A stretch of DNA of 62,897 nucleotides, counting the filler, from Sphacelaria rigidula (taxonomy: Eukaryota), in NCBI GenBank assembly GCA_964200075.2. It is 11 parts of 11 records of this genome, joined end to end, with 100 filler letters (N's around TTAATTAATTAA, not from the genome) between each part and the next. Parts side by side here need not be neighbours in the genome. Positions count along the whole stretch, not along the records: positions 1 to 5,628 come from CAXNAA020025745.1; positions 5,729 to 11,356 come from CAXNAA020025746.1; positions 11,457 to 17,083 come from CAXNAA020025747.1; 8 more parts are not named here. One strand, written 5' to 3'. Position numbers and translations under genes: made by a program. The notes below the pieces were generated by a model that worked only from the letters and a program-made list of their open reading frames with translations, ran no database searches and had not been told where the DNA came from. Below are positions 1-12,568 of the stretch, piece by piece. Numbering within the stretch: position 1 is the first letter of the stretch; each line of letters opens with the position of its first letter.

Positions 1-1729
1 CTCCACGAGTAGATGAGGATGTCCCGAAAGGCGTGCCGCCTCGTGGTGTTGACGCCTTTTGGTTGCTGAAGGCAGCAGCAGAGTCGAAGTCTTGCCCTTG
101 GTTCTCTTCCTCTGCTTCTTGCATGAGTCGCTTCTTAACTTCTACCAACCCCGCGTATATGGGCTTGGGTGCGGGGCGTGTCAATGCTGCAGTAGTGCTG
201 TTCATTGCCTCAGTAGATGTTCTAGAACATTCACAGTGACGTCGGATGGCCGATACAAATTCACTATATGTATGATACGTGCGGCGCCCCCGCTCCTTCA
301 TGTCGGGGCTGCACGGGTCTCCATGGTGAACTGGTAAGGATCGGACGTCATCTTCTAAGGCTTTGTTGGGTGTTTGTAGTAACGTATGTGATACGATCTG
401 TGGAGTCTGGTCGGGGATTACCAACTTATGGAAAGTGCTGCACATCTGTAAGACCAAAACTTCCGAGGCTGTCCTCCAGAAGTATTCTTCGTCTGCGAGG
501 TGTGGAGAGGCTGAAGAAACCGTGGCCGCCATAGTCAACAGTATCAGCCGATGAGCGGCTGCCACATAACTCTCATTCTTGAGTAGTTTCATGTTGTGCA
601 GTGCAGTCTGTGCATGGCTTACACCCATCCTCGCTTCTTCTGCTACTAGCTTCCGGAGCCACTCCAGAGCGGTTACGTCTCCAAACGGTACGCGTATGAA
701 ATTTCCTGTTACTCCAGGTACCGAGATCTGGTTCTCCCTCCAACTTGTCACCTCCGTATACGTCGCGGAAGTAGGCAGCATTACACGCATCAGAAGGTCC
801 CTGCGTCTATCTGTGTATTGATCCGCTTGTGGTTTCAGCGGCTTACTGGTCAAGTGTGCATCAGTAGGGACCCTCCAATTCCCCCCTTCTTACGCCGCGA
901 GCGTGGCACGAAAATGGTTCGCGAGCAAGACCGCGGAGTTAGTATAAGTCAGTTCTGCATTATGATCTACAGACCGTCCCTTATAAACGATGATGCCGGT
1001 GTCTTTGGAACCGAGAAGCTTGGTCGAAGTGTTTGCTTGACGGGACATCTTTCGTTGGTGTTTCAGCACAGCCGACCAGTTGTGATCAGATGGGTATGAT
1101 GCGGGAACACGAGGGTACGTGGCCCCATACGGAGTCAGCCCATCCAGCCTGGATTGGGCTGCCGGGGTTACACCAGAGGGATTGAGAGATCCGTAGAACG
1201 GACTGCAGTAGAGACTAACCGGGTCTGGCGCGACCGTAAACCTCGAGCGGCGCTGTGGGGGCAACGGCGGTGGAGGTGGCAGCTGGGAATGAGCGAAATT
1301 TCCAACGGTCGGGGCTTGATGAGCCCCCTGAGGCACAGAGACTGGCCTTGTCGACTGAATAGGCGGAGGAACAGACGGCGGGACATGCTGAGGCATCGGG
1401 CCAAAGTGCCCTTGCTGTTGCTGTTGCAGAACCTGCTGACGAGGAGGTGCGGCCACCTGTTGCTGTGGAAGCGGTCCAACAGCCTGCTGCTTAGGGGGCA
1501 CGGCAGCCTGCTGTTGCTGAACAGGTCCAACAACCTGTTGCTGAGGGGGTGCGACGGCCTGCTGTTGTTGAACAGATCCAACAACCTGTTGCTGAGGGGG
1601 TGCAACAGCCTGTTGTTGCTGAACAGGGACGAAAGATTGCTGCTGCTGAGGGGCTTGCACTGGAGGCTATTGACTCGACCCGGATGGGTAGAAGGGTTGG
1701 GCTTGTGGGTTCAAGGGGTTTCCGCTCAT
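1..1729 (-). pseudogene. Gag-like retrotransposon ORF with two in-frame stops. N-terminal PAM2-like motif and Q/P-rich repeats. Runs off the contig end.
   Basis: Manual translation: ATG at 1729 (MSGNPLNPQAQPFYPSGSSQ*PPVQAPQQQ), TAG at 1667-1669, TAA at 890-892, then open to the contig end (about 576 codons in one frame). AQTALHNMKLLKNESYVAAAHRL resembles the major-homology-like segment of retrotransposon Gag. Confidence 0.6.
1427..1621 (-). repeat. Coding tandem repeat, 51-nt (17-aa) unit, about 3.8 copies
   Basis: QQQQAVAPPQQQVVGSV / QQQQAVAPPQQQVVGPV / QQQQAAVPPKQQAVGPL / PQQQVAAPPRQQVL. Confidence 0.9.
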
Positions 1730-4700
1730 CCTTTTGCCGATTTTCGAGTTGGCTATTCGGTACTTGAAACGATAACTTGCACACATATGCCACATGGATA
1801 TAACAACATCAGTCAAACGCACTTCATAATATCGACACAGTATCTCACCGTCTCTTGGGCGCTTTGGGCAGAATGGGGTGAGAAACGTCTGAAATGGGAT
1901 AGAACGGACAGCCTTAATTTTCCATCATGGTACAAGAGTGGAAAGCAGAAAGGGAAGGTGAACAAGGGGAAACCGGAAAGCAGGAAAGCATGACAGAAAG
2001 TTTGATCGCGCGGGACGGGTTCATGTGAGCATTCGGCTCGGATTTCCCTATATGGGGAATAATCAAGGATATTCTTCCGGGCTTCGGCCTCCTGTCAACC
2101 TGGAAGAGCACGTGGGGGGGGGAAATGTGGCTCCCATGAACCTGTTCGAACGAGCACGGTCTTGCTATCTTGGGCTTCTGTCCTCTTTCATTTCCTGTAT
2201 GTAGTGATTTCCTGCCTATTTGTGGGTGAGCTTATTGTATAACGCACGCATACTACGAAATCACACAAATTTCCCAATTCATTCACACGTTGTCTGGCTT
2301 ACATGCTAGCAAAGTGCACAGTGTCTTCAATTATTACTTTCGTTGTTCAGCACCAGCCAACCACTCTGTTGATTTCTCTTCGATATATATTTCAGCAAAA
2401 AGGATGCGTGGAGCCCGTAGACCCTCAAGACCAGAAGCCCCCTCGAGAAGAACCCAGAGGTGGTCAAAACATGCCCGATTAGACGATCAACTCTTCTTGT
2501 AGTTGGTCGCCAGCGCGTGCAGAGTACACAGACGACGGGAATCGGGGGTGACGTTCCTTGTGCAGGTCTTTTGGTTTGCAACACTCTTAGCAGTTGCCCA
2601 ATCGCGGCAGTTTTGAGGTGATCAACGCAGCCATGGGTGGAACACTTAGTGGATCCATGACTGATGGATTGATTATCCGCTTCCCCAGGAATCGTCGAAT
2701 CAATTTGCGGAAGAGAAAACAATGTTATGGTCAGTATTTGAGTACACTTGGATACGATCCTTTCATGTATTTAAAGTCGTGAACTAACGACAATACACCG
2801 TTGGGTCTGGTCTATTCAATATCATAAAATACACCCCACAGCCTTGAGCTATCCTGGCAGTGAGAACCACGTTGAGGTTACTTCCATTTTCATGACACTA
2901 AGCATTCCGACTATCAGTGCTTACCCCCCCTGACCAGGAGGTAGGGTAAATGCCTCATGTATGATATCCTGCTTCATAAATGATTCACTGGAGATTCACT
3001 GTAGACAGGTCACAATGCGTTTTGGTTATGGACGCATGCATTCTACACCACTGCGTGAAATTGATGCTCATTCAACAGATGACTTGCTCTCGTTGTCTAA
3101 AGGCTAATCGCATCCTCCTCAACACCCTACTCAACGCGAGTCAGCATTCTAAAACTGCTGGTTCAAGACAGATAACAACACGCGGCGGCTTTGTGGCTGC
3201 ATGTAATGATTTGAAATATCAGCACATTCTAAGCGTAGCTGGCTTCAGTGAACGAACTGGAACATCCGGTCCTGGCTACCGGCCTTAATACAGTGCTTGT
3301 GTCGTGAAGCTAATCACATGCAGTGATACCAAACCACCGTACAGTTCAATACTGCTCGATCACCCAATCATCATAGGTTTGCTCGATGTGGTGTACGCCC
3401 ATGATCAGTTTCTCCGAACTCTGTTAATTGCCCCGCATCGTGTGTGCAAATCGATCAATAATACAGTACCACCTAGTATGGCTAGAATCCAAAAGGATCC
3501 TTTTTGTTCTTCCTTGAAAAGCACACTACATGTGCATTACTAGATTGAATGCAGAGTCAAGGAGTTCAGCGATGTTCTCGCACTGGGCTGTGAACAGTCA
3601 ATACAGTCATTATATGCCGCCCTCCTTGTAAGCGCAGTCACAACTCAATCAACCGGTCGCCTGTAGAAGGTACAATTTAATGTCACAACCCTGTTTTAGA
3701 ATAATTGACTGCCCATATGTCGTGATCCCCGCGTTTAGCAATTACAGGCTTGCTTGTCTCACCGGTAGACTATCGTAACGGTAACACGATGGCTGAGGAC
3801 ATCATAACATTGCCCTTCACAACTGCATCACTCGGCAATAACTGAGTGCACAGCAGCTGTTACGTGGTAGGTTCCACGTCCGGTGTAGCGGAATGAAGAT
3901 TCTCAAAATCTTTCCTTGATCCTGTCGAATCAACCATCGTTAATAGATCCAGCTCTTTCCAGAAAAAGTTCCACGGCTCTTTCTAGAAAAGTATCAGTGT
4001 GGATTACTCAAAGCGAGAGAAGCGCGAGTCCCAAAAGGTGTAACCACAGCTGTAGCCTGGTGCGCGATGCACTTAGATCGGTGTCCATTACACTCTAATC
4101 CACAGCCCACATCAGAAGTCGCTTGAGTTGTGAATACACCCATCATGGCTCCATGTTCCTCACTCTATCGCCGTCTGAGAATTGATACATCCGAGATAGC
4201 ACCGGCACGCTGCGTTAGGCATCATCGTCAGTCTGACGCTTCACACTAGTGACGGCTCATAAACTTGAATCTAACCCTCCCGCTAGCATGCTCCAAGTGC
4301 CATCTCACGGTATCCAATAACCGTGAACTGAATGCAAGCGGGTAACACGAATGCCATGAACCTCAATCGACACGATCTTTTCCTCCATGGGTTACAACTG
4401 TCATGGCAGCACCAGGTTGATTGATCACGTTGCCAAGTTCTTCAACCCATGAACTCGAGCGCTGGCGGTCAATCCAATGGTCAGATCATCCGTAATTATA
4501 CTAAAAATATATGTATACGGATAGTTTCTTTGTACATCGTACAACAATGCTCTCGGCACGACTGCTTGTGTGGGGTTTCCCGTGGTTGCAGACATGCATT
4601 AGCTACCTCTCATCACAGCGATGACTACTATTCACAGCTGTAGCATTGTAGTCCGCACGGGTGTCTTGTCTTCGCCTGGAAACATCACTTTATGTTGTGA

Positions 4701-5628
4701 ACGGACCTCGTGCATCGAAAGATATAGGTGGTTGGTATCCAAAATCTTTATCTAAAAATCTTTCATCGGTGAACGGGCCTTGTGAGGTGCAGGGCAACGT
4801 GACCAGTTGACTTTTTCAGGAGGGTGCGCACCTCCAATATCCGCTGCGTGGTATACAAGCCTCCATGTTTTTTACCTCATTGCAAACGGACGATGTACTA
4901 CCACACCTGTGCGTTGTGCACAGCAAGCCTACAGCCGTTTCATAGCTTGGTGTGGAGACGATGTCAGCATGTAGCAGTATCGTGCCTGGCCTAATTTTTA
5001 TGTACCTACGCAGGTGACTAATTACACGCGAAATTTCCCTTTACATGCTGTTTTACCGTAACATAGATAGACACATAAAGCCCAGCGGTAAACAATGATC
5101 ACCATTTTCACTCTGTAGACACACATCTTCAGTGGTGCCGGGTAAACCCAGTAGGCAGCGACTTAAAGTGTATACGCGATCGCCTGCTGACCAGTTGGTT
5201 TACTTTTACACCCCCGGGTAACGCCTCGGCTTTACTTTTGGTCCACGACCTCGAAGAGAAAAACAGACGTGGTTTTTCGGATGGGTCTGGATTTTAACTC
5301 AAATGACCCACCATTATATTGTAGCTGTATGGGTATGAGCCCTTTTACTTACGTATGTGGCGGTGCTTTATGTTCTCCATTCACTTTACATGTACGCACT
5401 CAAAATTCAACCTCCCGCTTGGACAGCTGACTCATCTTGAAGCTCTTTCCAAAATTGTATCTGGTAGCCTTTGTCGTCTGCATGATGTCTTCTTGTTTAA
5501 CATTTCAAAGTATATAAAGAAACTCGAATCCCTGAGCCGTTGCTACACATCTCCTCCTGCAGCATGGTACCTTCCTGAAGAACCCACAGATAGATGATAT
5601 AGTGTGACACAATAGTCCCGGTTGGAAG

Positions 5629-5728
5629 NNNNNNNNNNNNNNNNNNNNNNNNNNNNNNNNNNNNNNNNNNNNTTAATTAATTAANNNNNNNNNNNNNNNN
5701 NNNNNNNNNNNNNNNNNNNNNNNNNNNN
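5629..5728. other. Artificial contig linker N44-TTAATTAATTAA-N44. It recurs at 11357, 17084, 22811, 28538, 34265, 39992, 45719, 51446 and 57172.
   Basis: Identical 100-nt spacer with stop codons in all six frames, separating contigs of steadily decreasing length (5628, 5627, 5626 bp). Confidence 0.99.
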
Positions 5729-7604
5729 TGGAAATTGTCGCATCATTTAGCGAGCAAGGTACCAACGGTTGCCCTGCTGACCCCAACTTCATCCCCGGTA
5801 AGACCAACGCACACTCCACATCTGTAAACCTCAACGGAATAACTGTATCCTCCGCCTCCACAACCATTTCTGACGGGGACCACCCCGCCTCGAAATACAC
5901 ATAATAATTACCTTCAGGGGCAGCCCCCCCCCCCGTCGGACGCATTGTGACGGGAACCCACGTCAACTCCTGCGTTACCACTAACTCAGTTTCCCCTGAA
6001 AAAACCACGACAACCTCCTCATCGGACATCGTCGACTGTTCGATCATGCCCATGGCGTTTTGGACCCAGCGATCAAATGGGGTGGGTCCAACAGCCATAG
6101 CGGGCCTTGCGAGCGACATGATAGTTTTTCCCTCACTAACATCACGATACGAGCGCACCGAGAACTGAGCCAGCCCATCGCGACCCAGCAGCAAATCAAA
6201 CGACATCAGACCCTCCGGAACAATATGTGCGTAAATCGCGAAACATGCACTCGTGCCTGTTGTCCGACCTTTGCGTGAGCCGTCCACGAAACGGACATTC
6301 AAACGCACCAGTGAGCATGTTCTCAGAGGCACCCCATTAAACCCCCCCCACGACACGGGATTAATCTTCCACATCGCATCACCAGATCCCGCCCCGTACG
6401 CAACCATGGACAAACATACCTTCTCCAGGATAAATGTCGCCGGACTCCCACTGTCGAGCAACGCCGAGCAATCCCACATGCGGGTCGTCTTAGGCCTGCC
6501 AAACACCCTCACCCCAGCCGTGTTCCGAGCGCGGTCGATGGATACATATCCGCCGGAGACCTCAGCTACTTCCGGAAAGAACGTCCCTTGCCGCCCGCGC
6601 GGTACCTGACAGGGGATGGGATCGGGGGTGCAAGATGGTGGATCTATACTATTCAAACGATTTCCCGACGGGTCTAAAACATAGATATGCTCTTCCACGC
6701 AAATCGGACTACCTTCGTCCGACACTCCAGCCACAGATCGTGCAAGGTGAGCCGCCTCGGCTATACCTGTGCAATGGGAGGGACTAAACGGTTTCACGTG
6801 GTTGGGTAAATCAACCACATTGCCAGGCACCGAGCCCGCAGTGGTCCCCGCAGTGACCTCCTCCGAAAGTGTGTTAAGACTGGTTGGCCTTTCCACCGAA
6901 GTCCTCCGCAAGGATGGTCGGTCAAAACCTGGGCCGCCCCCGGCTGACACGGAGCCCGGGAGAGCAAGCTCCCACTTGGAGGCACATGAAACCACCCCCT
7001 TCTGAGGGTAACGGCGCCGAGAACAACTAGAGCCCCGAGCACCGTGACGCGACACGTTTCCCTCACCTAGGACGAGATCACCTGTTGGACTCTCCAAATC
7101 ATGCGACGGTACCGTCACACTAGGACCGTCCTTGTCCCTAGCGTCTGTCGGACGTAAGCAACGCTCACCGCGACAGCAGGCCTGCACCAGTGGCCCTTGT
7201 GCCCGCGCACCCACACCACTGTGGGAAGAGAGACCATCCGGGACGCTACGCCGGGACTGGTCCCCTCCCCGTCGGTCGATGTCCACCCCGCGAGACCGGC
7301 GCGCGGTAGACGTCGCACAAAGCGCCGGGGCTGCCTCCGTTTCGCAAGTATCCCTCAACAGTTGATCAGACCCCGCGGCTACCTTCAACACAGAAACCCC
7401 CCCCGCACCGCTAGCGACACTCCCAGGCAGATTGTACCCTGCCTCCTTGCCATTGTCCATGCTGTGCCGACGGGAGATGACAGAAATTTCGCCACATACG
7501 GCGGGCGCAGCGTGCTGCGGAACCAATGACACAGCCGACCGACCTTGTTGAGCTCTCTGAGCATCATGTTGCACTAAACTTTGTGCTGCCGGTAAAGTGG
7601 CCAT
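5729..7604 (-). CDS. pol: Pol N-terminal part with retropepsin-like aspartic protease (3' truncated at the contig end)
   Basis: Open for about 625 codons. Contains the DSG catalytic motif and the downstream LLGRD motif. Confidence 0.8.
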
Positions 7605-7622
7605 AACTTTACCGTCGCGCCT

Positions 7623-10600
7623 TCATTTATTTTTAGGGTAATTGTCGATAAAGTAAGAGCGTAGGCGGCGCTGCCAGCGCACCCATTTCTGGCGGACTTC
7701 CTCCGGCGTCCCCTCACCCATCGAGTGATGTATTAAACCCGATGTATTGATATAGTCCTTCGGACACTCACGAGCCAAAGTGTGATCGGCGCTGCCGCAG
7801 TTGAGACAATACGGCCCAAATGCTTCCCGCGCTTTGTTCTTCAGCTCGCGGGTGGGGAAAGGCTCATAGAACGGAGGATTCCTGTTTTTGCCGAACCTAT
7901 CCGAATTAGCCCGCCCCCCCATATACACGTATTCCATTTCCCGATCCTTGCTGGGGAAATCGCGCATCTCCGTGATGCTCATCACGGTCCCGCTAAAAGA
8001 CTTACCCTGACCCGACTTCGGCGGATAACGGCTCCGCGCCGCCCCTCCTCAAGTACCCTGCACAAGTCGCGGCGCGTGCGCCCGCATTGTGTTGGATCTG
8101 AACTGGTCCAACTTGCCCATCAGCGACTCGAGGGAGTCGAACGGCGTCGCACAATCATCGGGCCCCGCGAACACGTGGCCACTAATCCTGGGGAACTGAT
8201 CCTGAATGGCCGTTTTAATTGCCGACTGCACTTGCGCCTGATCCGGAGTCATCTCGGCCCCCAGACACTGAACATTGCTCACCAGAATCCGGAGGTCGCG
8301 CAAATAATCGGCGAACAAAGACCCTTCCGCTGCCCGGAAACTGATCAACTCCCGGAGCACGGCGTCAGGTGTCAGATTGCTCAATTCACGGCTCAACATC
8401 CGCACCAGAAACGCCATAGCCTCTGGCCCAGAAGCCCCCTCCCCCTGCAAACGAGACACGTGAGCGATCACGTCCCCGATCCGAGCCACGACCCCCGGAG
8501 CGTCCGGTGCCCCTGGCCGCACGGCACGCCGCAAATGTTTTTGGAGGGTCTTTTCTCATCCCCGCGGCCAACGCGTGGGATGGGTGTCCCCCACAATGAG
8601 TCGCATTACCGCTACCGAATCTTTCACTCCCTCCACTAACGCCACCAACTGCTGCATGTTGTGGGTGGACGATAACGGTAACTTCGGCAGGTCCGCCAAC
8701 AAATCCAGTTTAAGTTTCGCATACCCCTGCGCAATATGCGCGGTATGCAACGACGGGAACCCATCCCCCGAGTCGGCAGTTCCCAAGGACTCTCCCCCGC
8801 CCCGAAAACTCTCATCGTTGGGTAGACCAGCGACAACACAACCCTGCAACACCCCCCCAGGCCCATCGGGCGCCACCCATCTCTTCGTTTCCCGGTGCTC
8901 CGGCCCACCCGACCGAAAACCCGGCTGACCGCGGGCACCCTCCGCAGGCGCCAGCGCACCTCCACCTTGGGCGCCCTGAACCGCGAGTTGCGCCAAAACG
9001 CCTCCCCCGCTCCGTAGCAACTCCCGCTGCTCCTCCTCCCAAGACTACAACGCCCGGTGAGGAGGACACGACCCCTTCAACGCCCAGCTCTGCCGGCAAA
9101 ACCCCGGCAATGATACCCCCTGGGGACAACGGGCGGCGCAGTACTTAAATTCCTCATCCGAGAGGCGAGGCAGCGCAAGCACCCCGTCCGCCCCCCACTC
9201 ACCGGAGCCCCGAGGCGTCGCGAGGGATCCCCCACCCTGCGCCCCCACCGCGGGCGGACCCGGGGCACCACGCGACCCGTCAACCGCCGCTTGGGCAAAC
9301 GAACCCCCCGCGCCAGTGGCCGCCACGCCACCGGTCGGGCTAGAGGCAGAACTGGCTGCCTCCGCCGCCACCCCGCGAGCCGCAACCGATACAGCCGTAT
9401 TAGAACGAACCGTCGCCGTCCCACCCGGTGGAGCGGCAGCCGACATTACCCCGCCGACCCCCGCCCCCTGCGCGGGAACCAGCGGAGCCGCGGGCGGGAC
9501 CATCGACGGTCCCGCTGCGACCAAAGCTCCCGATCCCAGCGCGACCCCCGGGGAAGAAACCCCTACCCCCATCACGGGCCGAGGGACGAGCACGCAGTTA
9601 ACCGCCGGCTCCGCGTGCCGCAGCAACTTCGGGTGCGGAGCCCACTTACCGAACAAGGGCTCCGCCTGCTGGGCGCACGCCGAGATCACCGCCTCACGGT
9701 GCAAACGCGCTTCCATGAAGTGCGAGGCTTCCTGCTCAACCTCTACCCGCGTGGCGAGCTTGGCGGCCTCCGCCCGTTCCAACTCCGCGGCAGCCTCCGC
9801 AGCCTCCACGCCCGCGACCGCCACGCGACACACCGCCATCTGGACGGGCAGTTCCGCCGCGGCATCCTTCGCGACCGCCCCGTCTAGACCCGCCTTCCGA
9901 GAAGCCGCGGCCTCCGCCGCCCGGGTAATGTTTGCCATGGCCTCCTGTGAGGCACGAGACAATTTATCCGGAGTCGGATCGCGCAACACGTCAAACCGGC
10001 CCCCAGTCACCGCCGGACGGGACACACGGAACACACCCGCATACGACCGGGAACCCGACACCCGCGTCCAACCGTTATCCCGTACCCCCGGCATTTTCTC
10101 CCCCGGCGAACAGGGACCGCTCGCAAGTACCCCCCCTACAGTCCGAGAACCCACTTCCGACTGAGAGACCGCCGGATTACCACCCCGATCCTCATCCGCC
10201 TGCAACCGACGAGCGAACGATTCGTCCGCCGCCAAGGCATTACCCTCCGTTAACCACCGTTCCTCCAGGGTCAACGTGGCCAACATCTTACGCGCCTCCA
10301 CCACCAACCCTGACCTCACCTCGTGCTCGTGCACCGTCAGCCGCGGCGGTGGCGACGGCGTCCGACGGTCGTCGTCCCCCATCACACGGCGGCCGCGCGG
10401 CGACGCGGGCCCCGCCGCGGCCTCCACCTCCACCTCGAGGGCAGCGTTCTCCGTCTCCACCAACTCCTGATCCACATTGCCTGGTACGTGTGAGGTACGA
10501 ACGGCAACACGAGGACCAATAGGCGCGCTGCGGGGGACAGACGACACCTCACTACCACTCTCCTCAACCGACACATCCGACGCAGGGGGCACGCCAGAAC

Positions 10601-11216
10601 CCCCGCGAGAACCCGAGCGGCCACGTGCGATCAACAACGCACTCCGACCTACCTCCCGCGGCGGAACCGCTACCGCATGCCCGAAACTACTCGAGCGGGA
10701 GGGACTTTCCCCCGCCTCGATCTGCGCTAAAAGCGCCGCCTCAAGGCCGGGCGTTTAATCAATACTCGACTTTTCCGCCCCACGAGGCCTGGAGACTGAA
10801 AACCCCCCGCGAGCATCAAGACCCTTCACCAGGGGGTCAGAGGCCGAAGCGACCCCACCCCCAACCTTACCCCCAATACCCCTACCCTCAATGACCGTAC
10901 CAACCCCACCCGTACCCAACGGGGATGACCCAGCCGCCCCCGCCGTACCCTCCGGCGACGGAGGGGAGTTCTCACTAGCATGCCCGGGGCGGATCTTACC
11001 CGCAGCAGCCCAAAGTTCCGAACGAGCCGGCGAACGAAAAGCATGGGCACTACGACTAGACGAATCAGAACCAGACTCATTACTTGCAGCACGCGCCGCG
11101 TGCGCAGCGAGCGGACTCGGAGGCACGGCCAGACGCGGGGCCGCAGCCGCCCGCTGTGACCGCGTGACCGCACCCCTCCCCCCACCCTTACCCTGAGTAC
11201 CCGTTGTACCTGACAT
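7623..11216 (-). pseudogene. gag: Long Gag (about 1200 codons) with Ala/Gly-rich N-terminus and C-terminal CCHC knuckle, four internal stops
   Basis: ATG at 11216. Stops TAA 10755, TAG 9045, TGA 8556, TGA 8049, terminal TGA 7623. Capsid-like helical region (FADYLRDLRILVSNV) followed by CX2CX4HX5C. Confidence 0.75.
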
Positions 11217-12424
11217 GACCAACCACCCTCGAGCAGACAGCCGAAATCCCCAAGCAGAAAACGCAGCAAACCTACCGTCGACGCCACTCTAAGGACCCTG
11301 AAATTCACTTTGGAGACACGGAGGTTCCCACTTCTCGCGTGTAGATTCTTGTATCTNNNNNNNNNNNNNNNNNNNNNNNNNNNNNNNNNNNNNNNNNNNN
11401 TTAATTAATTAANNNNNNNNNNNNNNNNNNNNNNNNNNNNNNNNNNNNNNNNNNNNTAACTTATATCGATTCTTGGACATACTGAAAATGACGCATCACG
11501 GGTTCACCTCCACAATTAACTTTTTCCGAATAAGAGCTTGTCCTCGATACTTCTACTACAAAACGTTCACAAGTCGGGTTGCCCACTTCAACCTCATCTC
11601 GAAGTTAAACCTCAATTCGCACAATTTGCTGTTAAGCGCAAAGTCACAAAAATCGAGTCGCAAAAAACGAGTTTGTCGAATATTTACCCGGAGCAGAAAC
11701 CAAATTAAGTACGTGAAATTGGAACTGTAGGTCCGTGTAGATACGTCTAGTACGCAGGACACAGAACGAGGAAGTCCGATGCAGTACTGTATCAAATCTG
11801 GACTCACGTGCGCGTGCCGTGAAGGCGTTTCGAAGAAAAACTGAACTTCCACAAGAAGAGCGCTCATGACTTCGTTGATTAGGCTCCCTACCTGGGTGTA
11901 GCTTCGTTCCGAATGGCGGGGGGTGCACTCAAATCCAGACCGAAATGCGACACCCGTATCACGTAAATAGAATACGACCTATCGCACACAACACGCGTAC
12001 CCCGAAACGCCTTCCACGCATACGGCTGATATCAGTCGTAACAGTCCCTACCTCCAGTAACTTCTCAGATTTTAAAGACATAGCCCCTTTCCCAAGCTCA
12101 GCGTGTACACAGGCGAAAGCTTCGACTCTGGCTCGGAAGTTTGGTGACGTGTGGCGGGCTTCTTGCCCAGCTTCTTCAACATGCCCTGCTAAGCAATCAT
12201 CGCGCGCGAAATTTGGTCCCCGGTGACGGGTGCCAGCGCAGCCAACAAACCAGTAGCTTGTTTGTTCAGCGACCGTGTCTGTGCTCGCGTCCTGCCGTCC
12301 CCCCATGCTATGATGAGACACCCATGAGGCAGTGTAAAAGCCGTGGCTGCCCCTGGAGGTGGCAATACCAGGGAATGAAGCAACTCATTGGAGGCTGTCA
12401 CCAAATGCAAGATGATTAGTGTGC

Positions 12425-12568
12425 TTCGGGCCGAACAATTTTAGCAGGATGCAGCTAACCCTCCATGCGACTCGCCAAAGACATCACGGCGCTTCGGGCT
12501 TGGTGATTGCGAGCCTGGTCCGGCGAAAAGACGGCGTGCTCCGTCCCAGCTTTGTATGGATGCGAAGA
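12425..12568 (-). repeat. Dispersed repeat family A, copy
   Basis: Core CATGCGACTCGCC...GAGCCTGGTCC...GGCGTGCTCCGT shared with copies near 32470 and 57435, and reverse-complemented near 22911 and 38845. Confidence 0.85.

Larger units (their letters stand above)
5729..11216 (-). mobile_element. Ty3/Gypsy-type LTR retrotransposon, gag-protease region (partial, decayed)
   Basis: Track ORFs 10755-11222, 9045-10637, 8556-9020, 8049-8534, 7623-7985 and 5673-7604 are all one reading frame broken by single stops. Zinc knuckle CLNCGSADHTLAREC, aspartic protease motifs LLDSGSPATFI and LLLGRDGL. Confidence 0.85.

Noticed and set aside
890..1669. Alternative genetic code (TAA/TAG = Gln) suggested by in-frame stops in a Gln-rich ORF
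   Set aside because: There are only two such codons against dozens of CAA/CAG, and contig 2 has all three stop types. C-to-T decay is the simpler explanation.
1154..1993. 279-aa plus-strand ORF with LRR-looking LLLLNRSNNLLLRGC repeats
   Set aside because: It is the antisense shadow of the Gln-rich 51-nt repeat, not a true leucine-rich repeat.
7782..10758. Long overlapping plus-strand ORFs (285, 282, 198 and 196 aa)
   Set aside because: They are GC-rich antisense shadows of the gag frame with no recognisable motifs.
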